Assembly (NCBI GenBank): GCA_963808745.1
Contig: CAWEGX010000003.1
Location: 466,197 to 530,196 of the forward strand
Length of the DNA: 64,000 bases
Direction: 5' to 3'
Source of the DNA: an uncultured Bacteroidales bacterium
GTDB taxonomy: Bacteria > Bacteroidota > Bacteroidia > Bacteroidales > UBA10428
The number at the start of each line of letters is the position of its first letter. Positions within the stretch are counted from its first letter, which is position 1. The notes below the pieces were generated by a model, which saw only the letters and a program-made list of their open reading frames with translations, was not told where the DNA came from and did not search any database. The position numbers and the translations under genes were made by a program. Shown piece by piece: positions 47,859-57,678 of the stretch.

Positions 47859-50800
47859 TCAGAACTGAACATTAATGCCAAAAGTGTAGGTCTTTGCCTG
47901 GGGATATGCTCCGGCATCGATACCAATGCTAAGGTTTGCACCAATCCCTTCGCCCGTAACCGTACTTACTTCAGGGTCAAATCCCGTATAGCGTGTGAAG
48001 GTCAGCAGGTTATTGGATGAAAAGTAAATACGGGCAGACCGTAATTTAGTCCGTGAAATTATTTTCGCTGGCAGCGTATAACCCAATGTAAGGGTTTTCA
48101 ACCTGAGATACGATCCATCTTCAATCCAGCCATTATGACCTTCACGCTGATCTATGTTTGAGCCGGAATAGTTTGTTGTGGGATATTTGGTATGAATATT
48201 TCTTGGATAAATTACATTTCCTTCAGGATCCTTGATATCTGAAGAGAGGTAGCGGTTGTCAAAAGCTTCCTTTGTTGAATTCAGTCCCACCTGTAACCCG
48301 GGGACCAGCTGAAGATCCTCCAGGCTTTGCCGGGTGGCATTGTACAGGTCATTGCCATAAACAAACTGAAAAAAGATATTGAGGTCGAATCCCTTATAGA
48401 AGAATGTATTTGTGATTCCACCAAAGAACTTGGGAAGCGGGTTACCGGTGATTGTCTTGTCAGCATCCCCGCCTCCATAAGTGATCTGTCCATCCCCGTT
48501 CAGATCTCTCAGTTTTACATATCCGGTAAGACTATCAACATAGGTTTCGCGTTGATAAGTATAGAAATTCAGGCCCTTTCCTTCAATGAGGATTGTACTT
48601 CCACCATGAATGCTGTCGGTAATGAGTTTATTTACTATCAGTTTATTGGTGGCAATATTGAAATCAGTTGTCCACTTGAAGGATCCGGTTGTATTGTGGG
48701 TCGTAACGGAAAACTCATAACCGGTATTTGTAAGTTTTCCTGCATTATTCCAGGCGCTGTAAATTCCGGTGGTGATAGGAAGAGATACTTCCAGCAGCAG
48801 GTTATCAGAAATACTTTTATAATACTCGGCACTCAGATAAATGCGGTTATTAAGCATGGCATAGTCGATGCCGAGATTGAGAGTCCGTTTTTCTTCCCAG
48901 GAATATCCGTAATCTGAAATGGAAACATATCTTCCGCCCAGGGCACTCAGGTAATTCATAACCTCGTTATCCACATCATAAGAATTTGGGATGGTTCCGA
49001 CCATAAACGCTCCGCGCCAGGCATAATCACCCACTTCCTGGTTGCCTGTTATGCCGATACTGGCACGTAGTTTTAATTCATTGATGAAGGATACATTTTC
49101 CATGAAATTCTCCTTGGCAATATTCCACCCGAATGAGGCGGCAGGAAAAAATCCCCAGCGATTTTCCGGACCAAAGCGCGATGATCCGTCAGCCCTGAGA
49201 TTAACCTGCAACATGTACCTTCCCATATAGCTATAGTTGACGCGACCAAAAAAAGATTCAAGTGAGCTGTTGGAATAATAATTAACACTTCCAAGTTTTG
49301 CGGGAGATGAGTCGAATGTTTTAATTCCGTCAATTGGCATTCCACCCACTTCGGTGTATGTACCCTCATTTGAAATTTTTGAGGCCTCATGGCCGGCCAG
49401 TATCATTAATGAGTGATTTCCCCGTTCCAACTCATAATTTAGCGTATTTGTCCATACCCATGAATGTCCGTTCAGATTGTTATCCGATGTTCTGGATGAT
49501 CCGGGCATCTTCAGCCCATCATCAGGATAATAGTAAGGTCCCCAGAAAAAATTCTCTTTTGTATTTCTGATGTCCATACCCAGGACGGATTTGAATGTCA
49601 AGCCTTTGAGAATCGTCCAGTCAATATAGAGACTGGTAAGGTATCTGTCTGTAAAATATTCGAGGTTTTGTTCTTTGGCCAGCATAACTGGATTTGCAAT
49701 TGCCCTGTTTCGCTGATCAAACCCGTAATTTCCCAGTGAATCATAAACAGGGTAAACAGGACTGGATGTCAGTGCTGACATTACAATGGTCCCCCTGTGG
49801 TTTTATTTGCCTCTATGTTTGCACTGCCCCCATTGCGCTGTCGCTGACCATTTGACTGGCTGAATGACAGATTAGCTCCGATCATGATATTTTTTGAAAC
49901 CTTCATGTCGAGATTTGTGCGGAAACTATACCGCTTAAATCCTGTGTTGATCACAATTCCATTTGTATTGAGATATCCGAAATTGACCATGTACTGGGCA
50001 TTTTCATTTCCGCCTCCAATGGAAAGACTTGCATTGTATGTGGGTGCGGTGCGGAATATTTCATTTTGCCAGTCTGTGTTGTATTTTGCCGCTTCCTCTT
50101 CTGAAATATAGCGTGGACTGGCAGGTGGAACCCTCATTTTTTTCAAACCTTCATTCACCAGGGTTCTGTATTCGTTGGAGTTCAGAAGATCAAGGGTTTT
50201 GGCCACTTTAGATACGCCCATATAGGTGCTGAATTCAACCTGCACACCATTTTTATTTCCCCTTTTGGTATTGATGAGCACTACGCCATTTGCCCCCCTT
50301 GCTCCATATATGGCGCAGGAAGCAGGATCTTTCAGTACTTCAATGGATTCAATCTCATCAGGATTGATATTGGCCATCGGATTTATTTTATCACCGTTTT
50401 CCCCTGTTTGCGGATTTCCGATCTGCCGGTTATCAATCGGAATACCATCAATGATATAAAGGGGTTCGTTACTGCGGGCAATAGAGCCAATCCCCCTGAT
50501 CCTGATTGAAACGCCACTGCCGGGAGCACCGGTATTGTTTGTAACCATGACGCCGGCAGCACGGCCCTGTAAAGCCTGATCCATGCCAATCACCGGCATA
50601 TTCTTCATATCTTTTCCTTTCACGGAGGACACCGCCCCCGTCATATCGCTTTTTTTGATCTTGCCATAACCTACAACCTGCACTGCTTCGAGTGAAGTAA
50701 TTTCTTCTGTCATAGAAATATCCAGCACTGAGTTGCCTGCCACAGTATATTCTTCCGTTTTATAGCCGATATATGAAAATACAAGAATTGACTGTGGATT

Positions 50801-51004
50801 GGTGAGGTTGAGCTTATAATTGCCCTTCAGGTCGGATGTTGTGCCATTATTGGTTCCTTTCTCCAAAATATTTACCCCGGGAAGTCCAACTCCATCCAAT
50901 GAAGAAGTGATTTTTCCTGAAATGGATGGTTCCTGGGCAAACAAACCTGAAATTGTGAATGCAAGAAAAATACACACCAACCATGTATTAGCGCTTAATT
51001 TCAT
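47859..51004 (-). CDS. susC: SusC/RagA family TonB-dependent outer-membrane transporter, one frameshift at a G5 run (~49790)
   Basis: Carboxypeptidase-regulatory-like N-domain 'SGKITSSLDGVGLPGVNILEKGTNNGTTSDLKGNYKL'. Plug 'VQVVGYGKIKKSDMTGAVSSV'. The barrel ends 'KTYTFGINVQF'. ORFs 49781..51004 and 47859..49781 abut in adjacent frames. Confidence 0.8.
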
Positions 51005-51082
51005 AATCTTATGTTTTGTTTTTATGGGGGGAACGAAAGAAATAAATCAGTGCCTGCGGGGCAGGCACTGATTTTAAGCTGA

Positions 51083-52990
51083 CTATTTCACCAGGATCTT
51101 AACCTGACCTGTTTTATTGCCATTCTCAACCTTGAGAAGGTACAGTCCGGGAGAAAGATCACTGACACTCATTACATGGCTGCCGGGATTGTCAAATTGG
51201 GTAGAAAGAACCAATCTGCCCGACATATCGGAAATGGAGATATTATGTCTGCCTGCTGCGGTGAGCCTTATGTTCAGGACGTCAGAAGCCGGATTCGGGA
51301 ACACACTGAATGTGCCTGCAAAATCCTTATCGATGGACGTTGCAATGGTTTTTAACACCAGTTGTCCATACTCTGAATTATTCCTGTTCAAATCAGAACG
51401 ATCATAGGAGCTCCAGACGAGACCGCCTGCACTTACAGGACCTGCGTCAATATCCTGTATTTTCACATCGAATCCAAAAGCGGCATCGTTAGCCGGCACG
51501 AAACTAAGTCCGCTGGTTGTGTTGAGTGTCGCCCAGGGGAAATTCATTTCAATATAATAACCGATCGCGGTGGTTCCGCCTTCTTCGCCATAATATTCCC
51601 ACGTAGCCTGGGAAATATCTGTCCAGTCCGGTGCGGGTGTTGAACCTGTTTGCATTTCGCCCTTTGATGGAACAGCCCTGTACTGGAAATTATCCTGGAA
51701 ATACTTGGCACCATCAACATCTTCACATGAAGTACCATCACGTTCATTGCCCATATCAAAGTGATATTCAACATTATCGTTTGACCATCCGTTTACAGGA
51801 TCTGCATTGTAAATATCATTGTCCACCACATAGGTAACGAGATAGAGGTTTTCTTCATCCCACATTGCCCTGAAGAAACCACTCAGCACATTGCCTTCAA
51901 CGGTCGATCCGCTATAGGATATATCAAGCATTGGCTGTGCAGCCCAGGCATCCAGGTCGTTGAAAGGATTGGATTCAGTGCCGGTATATTTGGAGATTTC
52001 CACATCCTTAAGTGCAGGCTTTTCAAGTGTGGTAAATTTGGCTTCATTGCTAACTGCTGAAAGATTCTGCGGATCCACAGCAATTACGGTAAAAGTGTAT
52101 TCAATTTCGGGACTCAGATTGACATTGATCGATGTTGTGCTTTTGGAAACATAACTGAAAGGAGCACCGTTTTTCAATACAAGCATTCCGGTTATATCCT
52201 CCTCTGAAGGAGCATCCCAGCTGATTACGGCACTGTTAAAGGTTATTTCGGAAGCAGTAACATTTGCAGGGGCAGCAGGTGCTTCAGCGTCAACAACCGC
52301 TTCAGCAACAAGAGTTACATCGGTGGCACTCCATCCTTTAGGCCACTGAATATGGCCGCTCAGCTGATCCCAGTTGCTGCCGTTCACGTTGTCGAGGTCA
52401 GCTGCAACAAGATTCATATTCAGAATCTTATCAACTGCAGGATAAGCGGAAAAATCAATACTGTCATTGGTAAGAATGCTCCAGGGAATGCTGACTTCAA
52501 GTACCCAGCCGCCTTCAACAGCCGATGTATGAAATACATATCCTTTTGGGGCGTTAATAGCTACCAGTGTGTCGTTATCCCTGTCAAAAGCATACCTGTA
52601 TTTGTAAGGTTGCTTGGCCCCTGCAGGATCGTTCAGGACCATTTCAATGTTGTCATTCATCCAATTGATCGCGGCTGATCCCTCGGCCTGTGAACCAATC
52701 GTTGTGGTATCATCCATTATGCGAACCAACAGGTAAAGATTTGTTGCATCCCATAATCCTGACCATTTGAATGAACAGTCTTCGAGACTGCGGAGATCAG
52801 CCTTGGGAGTCCATGTTGTAGGATCTACTGCTACATAACTGGCCACGGTATTCCATAACTCGTCCACCGTACCATCAATAGTTGGTGCTTCCGATGTCTG
52901 ACCAATCTGGAAAGCCTGTGCCTGCAGACTTACACCTGTGAAAATCCAGGTGATTGTTAGGACTGCCAAAGCAAGTAAGAGTTTTTTCAT
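51083..52990 (-). CDS. Secreted 2x CBM9-like + Fn3-like protein with T9SS C-terminal domain (first gene of the PUL)
   Basis: 'IDGTVDELWNTVASYVAVD...WSGLWDATNLYLLVRIMDD', with a second copy 'FRAMWDEENLYLVTYVVDND'. The CTD is 'FSVFPNPASDVLNIRL...GLYLLKVENGNKTGQVKILVK'. Confidence 0.75.
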   Translation of the reverse strand: MKKLLLALAVLTITWIFTGVSLQAQAFQIGQTSEAPTIDGTVDELWNTVASYVAVDPTTWTPKADLRSLEDCSFKWSGLWDATNLYLLVRIMDDTTTIGSQAEGSAAINWMNDNIEMVLNDPAGAKQPYKYRYAFDRDNDTLVAINAPKGYVFHTSAVEGGWVLEVSIPWSILTNDSIDFSAYPAVDKILNMNLVAADLDNVNGSNWDQLSGHIQWPKGWSATDVTLVAEAVVDAEAPAAPANVTASEITFNSAVISWDAPSEEDITGMLVLKNGAPFSYVSKSTTSINVNLSPEIEYTFTVIAVDPQNLSAVSNEAKFTTLEKPALKDVEISKYTGTESNPFNDLDAWAAQPMLDISYSGSTVEGNVLSGFFRAMWDEENLYLVTYVVDNDIYNADPVNGWSNDNVEYHFDMGNERDGTSCEDVDGAKYFQDNFQYRAVPSKGEMQTGSTPAPDWTDISQATWEYYGEEGGTTAIGYYIEMNFPWATLNTTSGLSFVPANDAAFGFDVKIQDIDAGPVSAGGLVWSSYDRSDLNRNNSEYGQLVLKTIATSIDKDFAGTFSVFPNPASDVLNIRLTAAGRHNISISDMSGRLVLSTQFDNPGSHVMSVSDLSPGLYLLKVENGNKTGQVKILVK

Positions 52991-53024
52991 AGCTATGAGT
53001 TTTTAATTAAGGAATTGATTGGAT

Positions 53025-53032
53025 CAAATATA
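53025..53032 (-). promoter_or_regulatory. Candidate Bacteroidota -7 promoter box (TAnnTTTG) for the PUL operon
   Basis: The minus strand reads 'TATATTTG' about 35 nt upstream of the 52990 ATG, in an AT-rich spacer. This is a motif match only. Confidence 0.25.
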
Positions 53033-53240
53033 TATATCCGATATTTATTTTGCAATAGCTAATAAATTGATAATCAATAAGTAAAAGAATATTTATTACG
53101 GATTAATGCCAATTGACCAATAACTTCTTCACTATATTCCTAATGGTATTGAATTCATTTATTCCAAAATCATCCGGAAAAAAAATCCGCATGAATACCA
53201 GTGAAAAAAATAGTAATTTGTAATGATTTTAAATAGGGAG

Positions 53241-53558
53241 ATGGATACTGGATGCTGGATGCTGGATACTGGATGCTGGATGCTGGATACTGGATGCTGG
53301 ATACTGGATGCTGGATGCTGGATACTGGATGCTGGATACTGGATGCTGATGAGGAATTTTGAATTATGACATGTGGAATGGGACTGAAGACTGCACTACT
53401 GCAAGACTGCGTTTTTCATAATAAATATTGGAAATCGTACAGACAAGGCATTGCCTTGTCTCTACAACGTTTTTCCCTTTACCGAATACCGATCACTGTC
53501 ACCGATACCGATCACCGATCACCGATTACCGAATACCGATTACTGATTACCGATTACC
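53241..53558. repeat. Intergenic repeat mosaic I
   Basis: About 15 units of 'tggatRc' (53241-53351), 'ggactgaagactgcactactgcaagactgcg', the hairpin element in reverse orientation (53431-53466), and 'accgat'-type heptamers (53480-53558) running into the UDG-like gene. Confidence 0.9.
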
Positions 53559-54236
53559 TAAAACCCTCACATACCTGTCGATATACTGCTCCTTAAACCT
53601 CGCCTTATATTGCATGATATACCTGGGATGTTCGAGGGCGACTATTTCATCGAAAAAGTGATGCTCCTTGTTTAATTTCCTGAGAAAGGTTTCATTTTTA
53701 CCAGTTCCAAGACAGTAACAAACAGATGTATCAACGCCAAAACCGATCTGCTTTTTCAATGTGTCAAGGATGAATGGATAAGCTATCCGCTCCAGTTCAC
53801 TGGTGTCATAGTAATTGAAGTTTACAGGCTTCTTATTTTTCCCTTCCTTTGTAAATCCAAGCGGACATATCGCACTGAGAAAATATTGACCATAAAATTC
53901 CTTCACTCCTCCAAATGCCTCTATCATTTCATAAATAAATGCAGAAGACGGCTCATGGGTTCGAAATCCTGTGAAAGGTATGCCGCAATTCTCCGTCAGT
54001 CGTTTGGTGTCTGTAAAGGGTATGCCAGTGGAACCGGCACCAAACCGGCCCGGATTAATACCAAGGATAAGCTTTCTTTCCATGTGGTCAGAAAAGAACT
54101 TTGTATAGAATTCTGCTGAAAGCTTATTCACTAATGGATTTTCACGAAATGGATTCATGATCCTGACGCCTTCCGGTAAGGTTCCTTTGAACTCCAGGTT
54201 TCTGTAGAATTCAATCACTTTCCGGGCAAATGTCAT
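53547..54236 (-). CDS. Uracil-DNA glycosylase superfamily protein (DUF4918-like)
   Basis: 'LILGINPGRFGAGSTGIPFTD' resembles the UDG-superfamily GxNPG active-site loop. 229 aa. Confidence 0.5.
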   Translation of the reverse strand: MTFARKVIEFYRNLEFKGTLPEGVRIMNPFRENPLVNKLSAEFYTKFFSDHMERKLILGINPGRFGAGSTGIPFTDTKRLTENCGIPFTGFRTHEPSSAFIYEMIEAFGGVKEFYGQYFLSAICPLGFTKEGKNKKPVNFNYYDTSELERIAYPFILDTLKKQIGFGVDTSVCYCLGTGKNETFLRKLNKEHHFFDEIVALEHPRYIMQYKARFKEQYIDRYVRVLGNR

Positions 54237-54379
54237 TTCTGAAAAGAAATTATGGAGAGGTTCATAAATACTCTATATGAATCAAATATAAACAGATTAC
54301 AGAAATTAACTGTTACCTGCTGAAATTGAAAATCGCATAATAATTTTGGATACATTTATATAACCCAAAATTTAGCGCA

Positions 54380-55648
54380 ATGACTATTCAATTTTCATCA
54401 ATATTGGTTAAGATAGTTGTGGTCCTGTTGCTCATCCTGCCAACAATTGATATGAACATCATGGGACAGGATAAACCCGTAAACTATGATGAATCAGCCG
54501 TTCCGGCATATACCCTGCCTGATCCCCTGCGTTTTTCCAACGGGGACGAGGTTAAGGATACAGTGGAGTGGATGAACAAGCGAAGACCTGAAATACTGTC
54601 CCTGTTTGAAACCGAAATGTTTGGCAAAACGCCTGACAGGAAAATCAAGGCCAGGTATACAATTGTATCAGCAGATACAATGGCACTGAATGGAATGGCC
54701 ATCCGAAAACAGGTGAGAATTGAATTTCCATCCGAACCCGGTGCTCCGTCCCTGATGCTGCTGATCTTTCTGCCCAAATCCCAGAAGCCCGTGCCCGTAT
54801 TTCTTGGGCTCAATTTTGATGGGAATCATACTATTGTTGATGATACGGGTATTATAGTGTCAGAGGCCTGGCAGGCATCCGCCCATGCCCGCGGAGAAGA
54901 TTCGCTCAGCTGGCCGGTCAAAAATATTGTTGGTCACGGATTTGCGCTGGCCACAATTTACTATGGGGAAATTGTTGAAGATGAAAATAACGGATTCAGA
55001 AATGGAATTCAACCTGTATTTTATTCTCCGGGACAGACATCGCCAAAGCCCGACGAATGGGGCGCCATCGGTGCATGGGCATGGGGTTTGAGCCGTGCTA
55101 TGGACTATCTTGAGAATGATAAGCTGTTAGATCCAAAAAAGGTGGTTGTTTTCGGACATTCGCGGTTGGGCAAGACCGCCTTATGGGCCGGTGCTCAGGA
55201 CAGCCGGTTTGCCCTTATAATATCGAACAATTCGGGATGCGGCGGTGCTGCTTTATCTAAACGAATCTTCGGCGAAACTGTGGGATCTATCAATGCTATG
55301 TTTCCCCATTGGTTTTGCGGAAACTTCAAAAAGTATAACGATAAGGAAATGGATCTGCCGATGGATCAGCACATGCTCATTGCCCTCATCGCACCAAGGC
55401 CTGTTTATGTTACCAGCGCACAGGATGACCAATGGGCCGATCCGAAAGGAGAATTCCTGGGAGTAGTGAATGCAAATCCGGTTTACCGTCTTTTTGGCAA
55501 ACAAGGTTTACCCGTGTCGGTAATGCCTCCGTTGAACAGCCCGGTTATGGGTGACCTCGGTTATCATATCCGAACCGGCCCGCATGCATTAACATACTAT
55601 GACTGGGACAGATTTATGGAGTTTGCACGGAAACATTTTAAAAACTAG
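54380..55648 (+). CDS. CE15-like glucuronoyl esterase / acetylxylan-esterase-like serine hydrolase
   Basis: Signal anchor, then 'YDESAVPAYTLPDPLRFSNGDEV...WMNKRRPEILSLFETEMFG'. The nucleophile motif is 'GHSRLGKTALWAGAQD'. Confidence 0.65.
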   Translation: MTIQFSSILVKIVVVLLLILPTIDMNIMGQDKPVNYDESAVPAYTLPDPLRFSNGDEVKDTVEWMNKRRPEILSLFETEMFGKTPDRKIKARYTIVSADTMALNGMAIRKQVRIEFPSEPGAPSLMLLIFLPKSQKPVPVFLGLNFDGNHTIVDDTGIIVSEAWQASAHARGEDSLSWPVKNIVGHGFALATIYYGEIVEDENNGFRNGIQPVFYSPGQTSPKPDEWGAIGAWAWGLSRAMDYLENDKLLDPKKVVVFGHSRLGKTALWAGAQDSRFALIISNNSGCGGAALSKRIFGETVGSINAMFPHWFCGNFKKYNDKEMDLPMDQHMLIALIAPRPVYVTSAQDDQWADPKGEFLGVVNANPVYRLFGKQGLPVSVMPPLNSPVMGDLGYHIRTGPHALTYYDWDRFMEFARKHFKN

Positions 55649-55869
55649 GCTGTTAGGTTATTAGGCTACTAGACTACTAGGCTACTAGGCTATTAGGCTG
55701 TAGCCTATAGGCTGTTAGGCTGTTAGGCTGTAGGCCAATAGGGGCTTAGGGGCTTAGGGGTTTAGGTTTAGGCTTCATCAGCATATTATCACATTAGCAC
55801 ATTAGCACATTTATTTCCCCTTTTAGTTTTTAACTATCAACTACAATTCAACTATCAACTAACAACTAA
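55646..55869. repeat. Intergenic repeat mosaic J
   Basis: 'taggctgt/taggttat/taggctac...' octamers start at the TAG stop. They are followed by 'cttaggggcttaggggtttaggtttagg', 'cacattagcacattagcacat' (55790-55810) and 'aactatcaactacaattcaactatcaactaacaactaa' (55832-55869), which ends 8 nt before the next ATG. Confidence 0.9.
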
Positions 55870-55877
55870 TAAAAATC

Positions 55878-56579
55878 ATGACTACAAAGAGAATAGGACT
55901 GGTAGGCGGACTTGGTCCTGAAGCCACCCTGGAATACTACAGGGGAATTATAAATGCTTTCAAGAGCGACAATACATCTCTTAATTACCCCGAGATCATT
56001 ATATATAGTATGAACCTGTCGGAACTCATCGGTATGATGAACCGGAAAGAATATGACAGGGTTATTGTGTACCTTCTTGGTGCAATTGATTCACTGAAAA
56101 AAGCCGGGGCTGATTTTGCCGCCATGGGTGCAAACTCTCCCCACCTCGTTTTTGATGAGCTTGCACAGGTATCGCCCCTGCCATTGATCAGCATTGTTGA
56201 GTCAGCCTATGACGAAGTTCAACGGCTCGGTTTACAGAAGCCGGGACTGATAGGAACAGGTTTCACCATGTCAGGAACTTTTTACCAGGATGTATTTGGC
56301 AGAAGGGAGATTGAGGTAATCGTCCCGGAGGAACCGGATATGAAGATCATCAATGAAAAATTATTTTCTGAAATTGAATTGGGAATTTTCAGGAATGAAA
56401 CCCGGGATTTGCTCATCGCAATCATCGAAAAGATGGTCCATACCCATCGAATTGATGGCCTTATCCTTGGATGTACCGAATTTCCGCTGATCCTTACGGA
56501 AAATGAATATGCTGGAATTCCCATGTTGAATACCACGCAATTGCATATTGATGCTATTGTTAAATACTGCCGCAGGTAA
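55878..56579 (+). CDS. Aspartate/glutamate racemase family protein
   Basis: 'IGLVGGLGPEATLEYY' and 'LILGCTEFPLIL' are the two catalytic-Cys/Thr regions typical of the family. Confidence 0.8.
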   Translation: MTTKRIGLVGGLGPEATLEYYRGIINAFKSDNTSLNYPEIIIYSMNLSELIGMMNRKEYDRVIVYLLGAIDSLKKAGADFAAMGANSPHLVFDELAQVSPLPLISIVESAYDEVQRLGLQKPGLIGTGFTMSGTFYQDVFGRREIEVIVPEEPDMKIINEKLFSEIELGIFRNETRDLLIAIIEKMVHTHRIDGLILGCTEFPLILTENEYAGIPMLNTTQLHIDAIVKYCRR

Positions 56580-56699
56580 TTTCACCAAAATCAGACACGG
56601 TCAGCATAAAAAAACCTGGAAAATTATTAAGCTTTTAACCGGTATATAAATAGGAAAAAGAATTGCTTCTGTTTTGAAAATAGCAGAAATTAAGGAGAA

Positions 56700-57569
56700 T
56701 TATGGTCTGCTTTTGAACTCCTGTAATGACCTTCCTGTAGAACTTTTAAAAAACTTACTGAAGTGGGAAGGATCGTTGAAGCCTAGTCCAAAGCCAATTT
56801 CCTTAAAACTCTGGCTGGTGAACAGACTAAGCCTCCGTGCTTCCAGGACCAGCCGATTCTGGATGTATTCCTTGGCCGACTGCCCAATGGATGTTTTTAT
56901 TACCTCATTCAGGTAACCAGGTGTTACATTCAATTCGGATGCATAATCCTTTACCTGGTGCCACTCAGAAAAATGAACATCAACCAGGTCCTTAAATTTC
57001 CGGACCAGTGTTCGTCCAACCTCAAGATTTTGTGGATTGCCGGCAGGGCGGATTGTGCAACTTGTATTGCATTCGATCAGGAACAATTTGAGATAAGCGC
57101 CCATTGTTTCATAGCGCATTTCTTCAGAAGACTGAAATGCCTCGAGCATATTTTTGCAGAACATAAGCAGGTGTTCCTTCATGGTATCACTGACCGGGAG
57201 CGGTGGCGTGTCGTCGCAACTTTTAAAAAGGTGAAGATTGGTGATGAAATCCTGCCTTATGCTGTATGTTTCAAGGAATTCACAGGTGAATCGCATCAGG
57301 TACCCTGAAACAGGAGTTTCGATAATTATCTGGTGAACCTGTTCCGGACTGACGAAGAAAATATGGTGGGGTTGAATTTTATATTCCCGGAAATCGATCA
57401 TGTGTTTTCCTGAACCTGAAATAGGCCATATCACGGTAAAATAGTTATGACGGTGCGGCTCCTCGGCAGTATTATCCAATTCACCCTTCAAACTCTCAAT
57501 GGTTTGTATAACGAAGGATACCGGGCTGCCTTCATAAAAAAGGTCGACACTTTCGATACCTGAATTCAT
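56700..57569 (-). CDS. AraC family transcriptional regulator
   Basis: Cupin-like N-terminus ('EPHRHNYFTVIW') and C-terminal double HTH ('ASELNVTPGYLNEVIK...FTSQSFKEIGFGLGFNDPSHFSKFFK'). Confidence 0.85.
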   Translation of the reverse strand: MNSGIESVDLFYEGSPVSFVIQTIESLKGELDNTAEEPHRHNYFTVIWPISGSGKHMIDFREYKIQPHHIFFVSPEQVHQIIIETPVSGYLMRFTCEFLETYSIRQDFITNLHLFKSCDDTPPLPVSDTMKEHLLMFCKNMLEAFQSSEEMRYETMGAYLKLFLIECNTSCTIRPAGNPQNLEVGRTLVRKFKDLVDVHFSEWHQVKDYASELNVTPGYLNEVIKTSIGQSAKEYIQNRLVLEARRLSLFTSQSFKEIGFGLGFNDPSHFSKFFKSSTGRSLQEFKSRP

Positions 57570-57678
57570 CCTGCAAAGGTAGCAATTCCATCATTTTTAC
57601 ATGTGATCCCCTGATTTTTCCATTTACCGGCATCATGACAGGCCTTAACTTTGTACCATAATTTAAAACCAATAAATC

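Noticed and set aside
53241-53351. Possible CRISPR array (and likewise the other repeat mosaics)
   Set aside because: Units are only 7-8 nt, directly abutting with no spacers, and no cas genes are in the window. This is tandem microsatellite-like structure and not repeat-spacer architecture.
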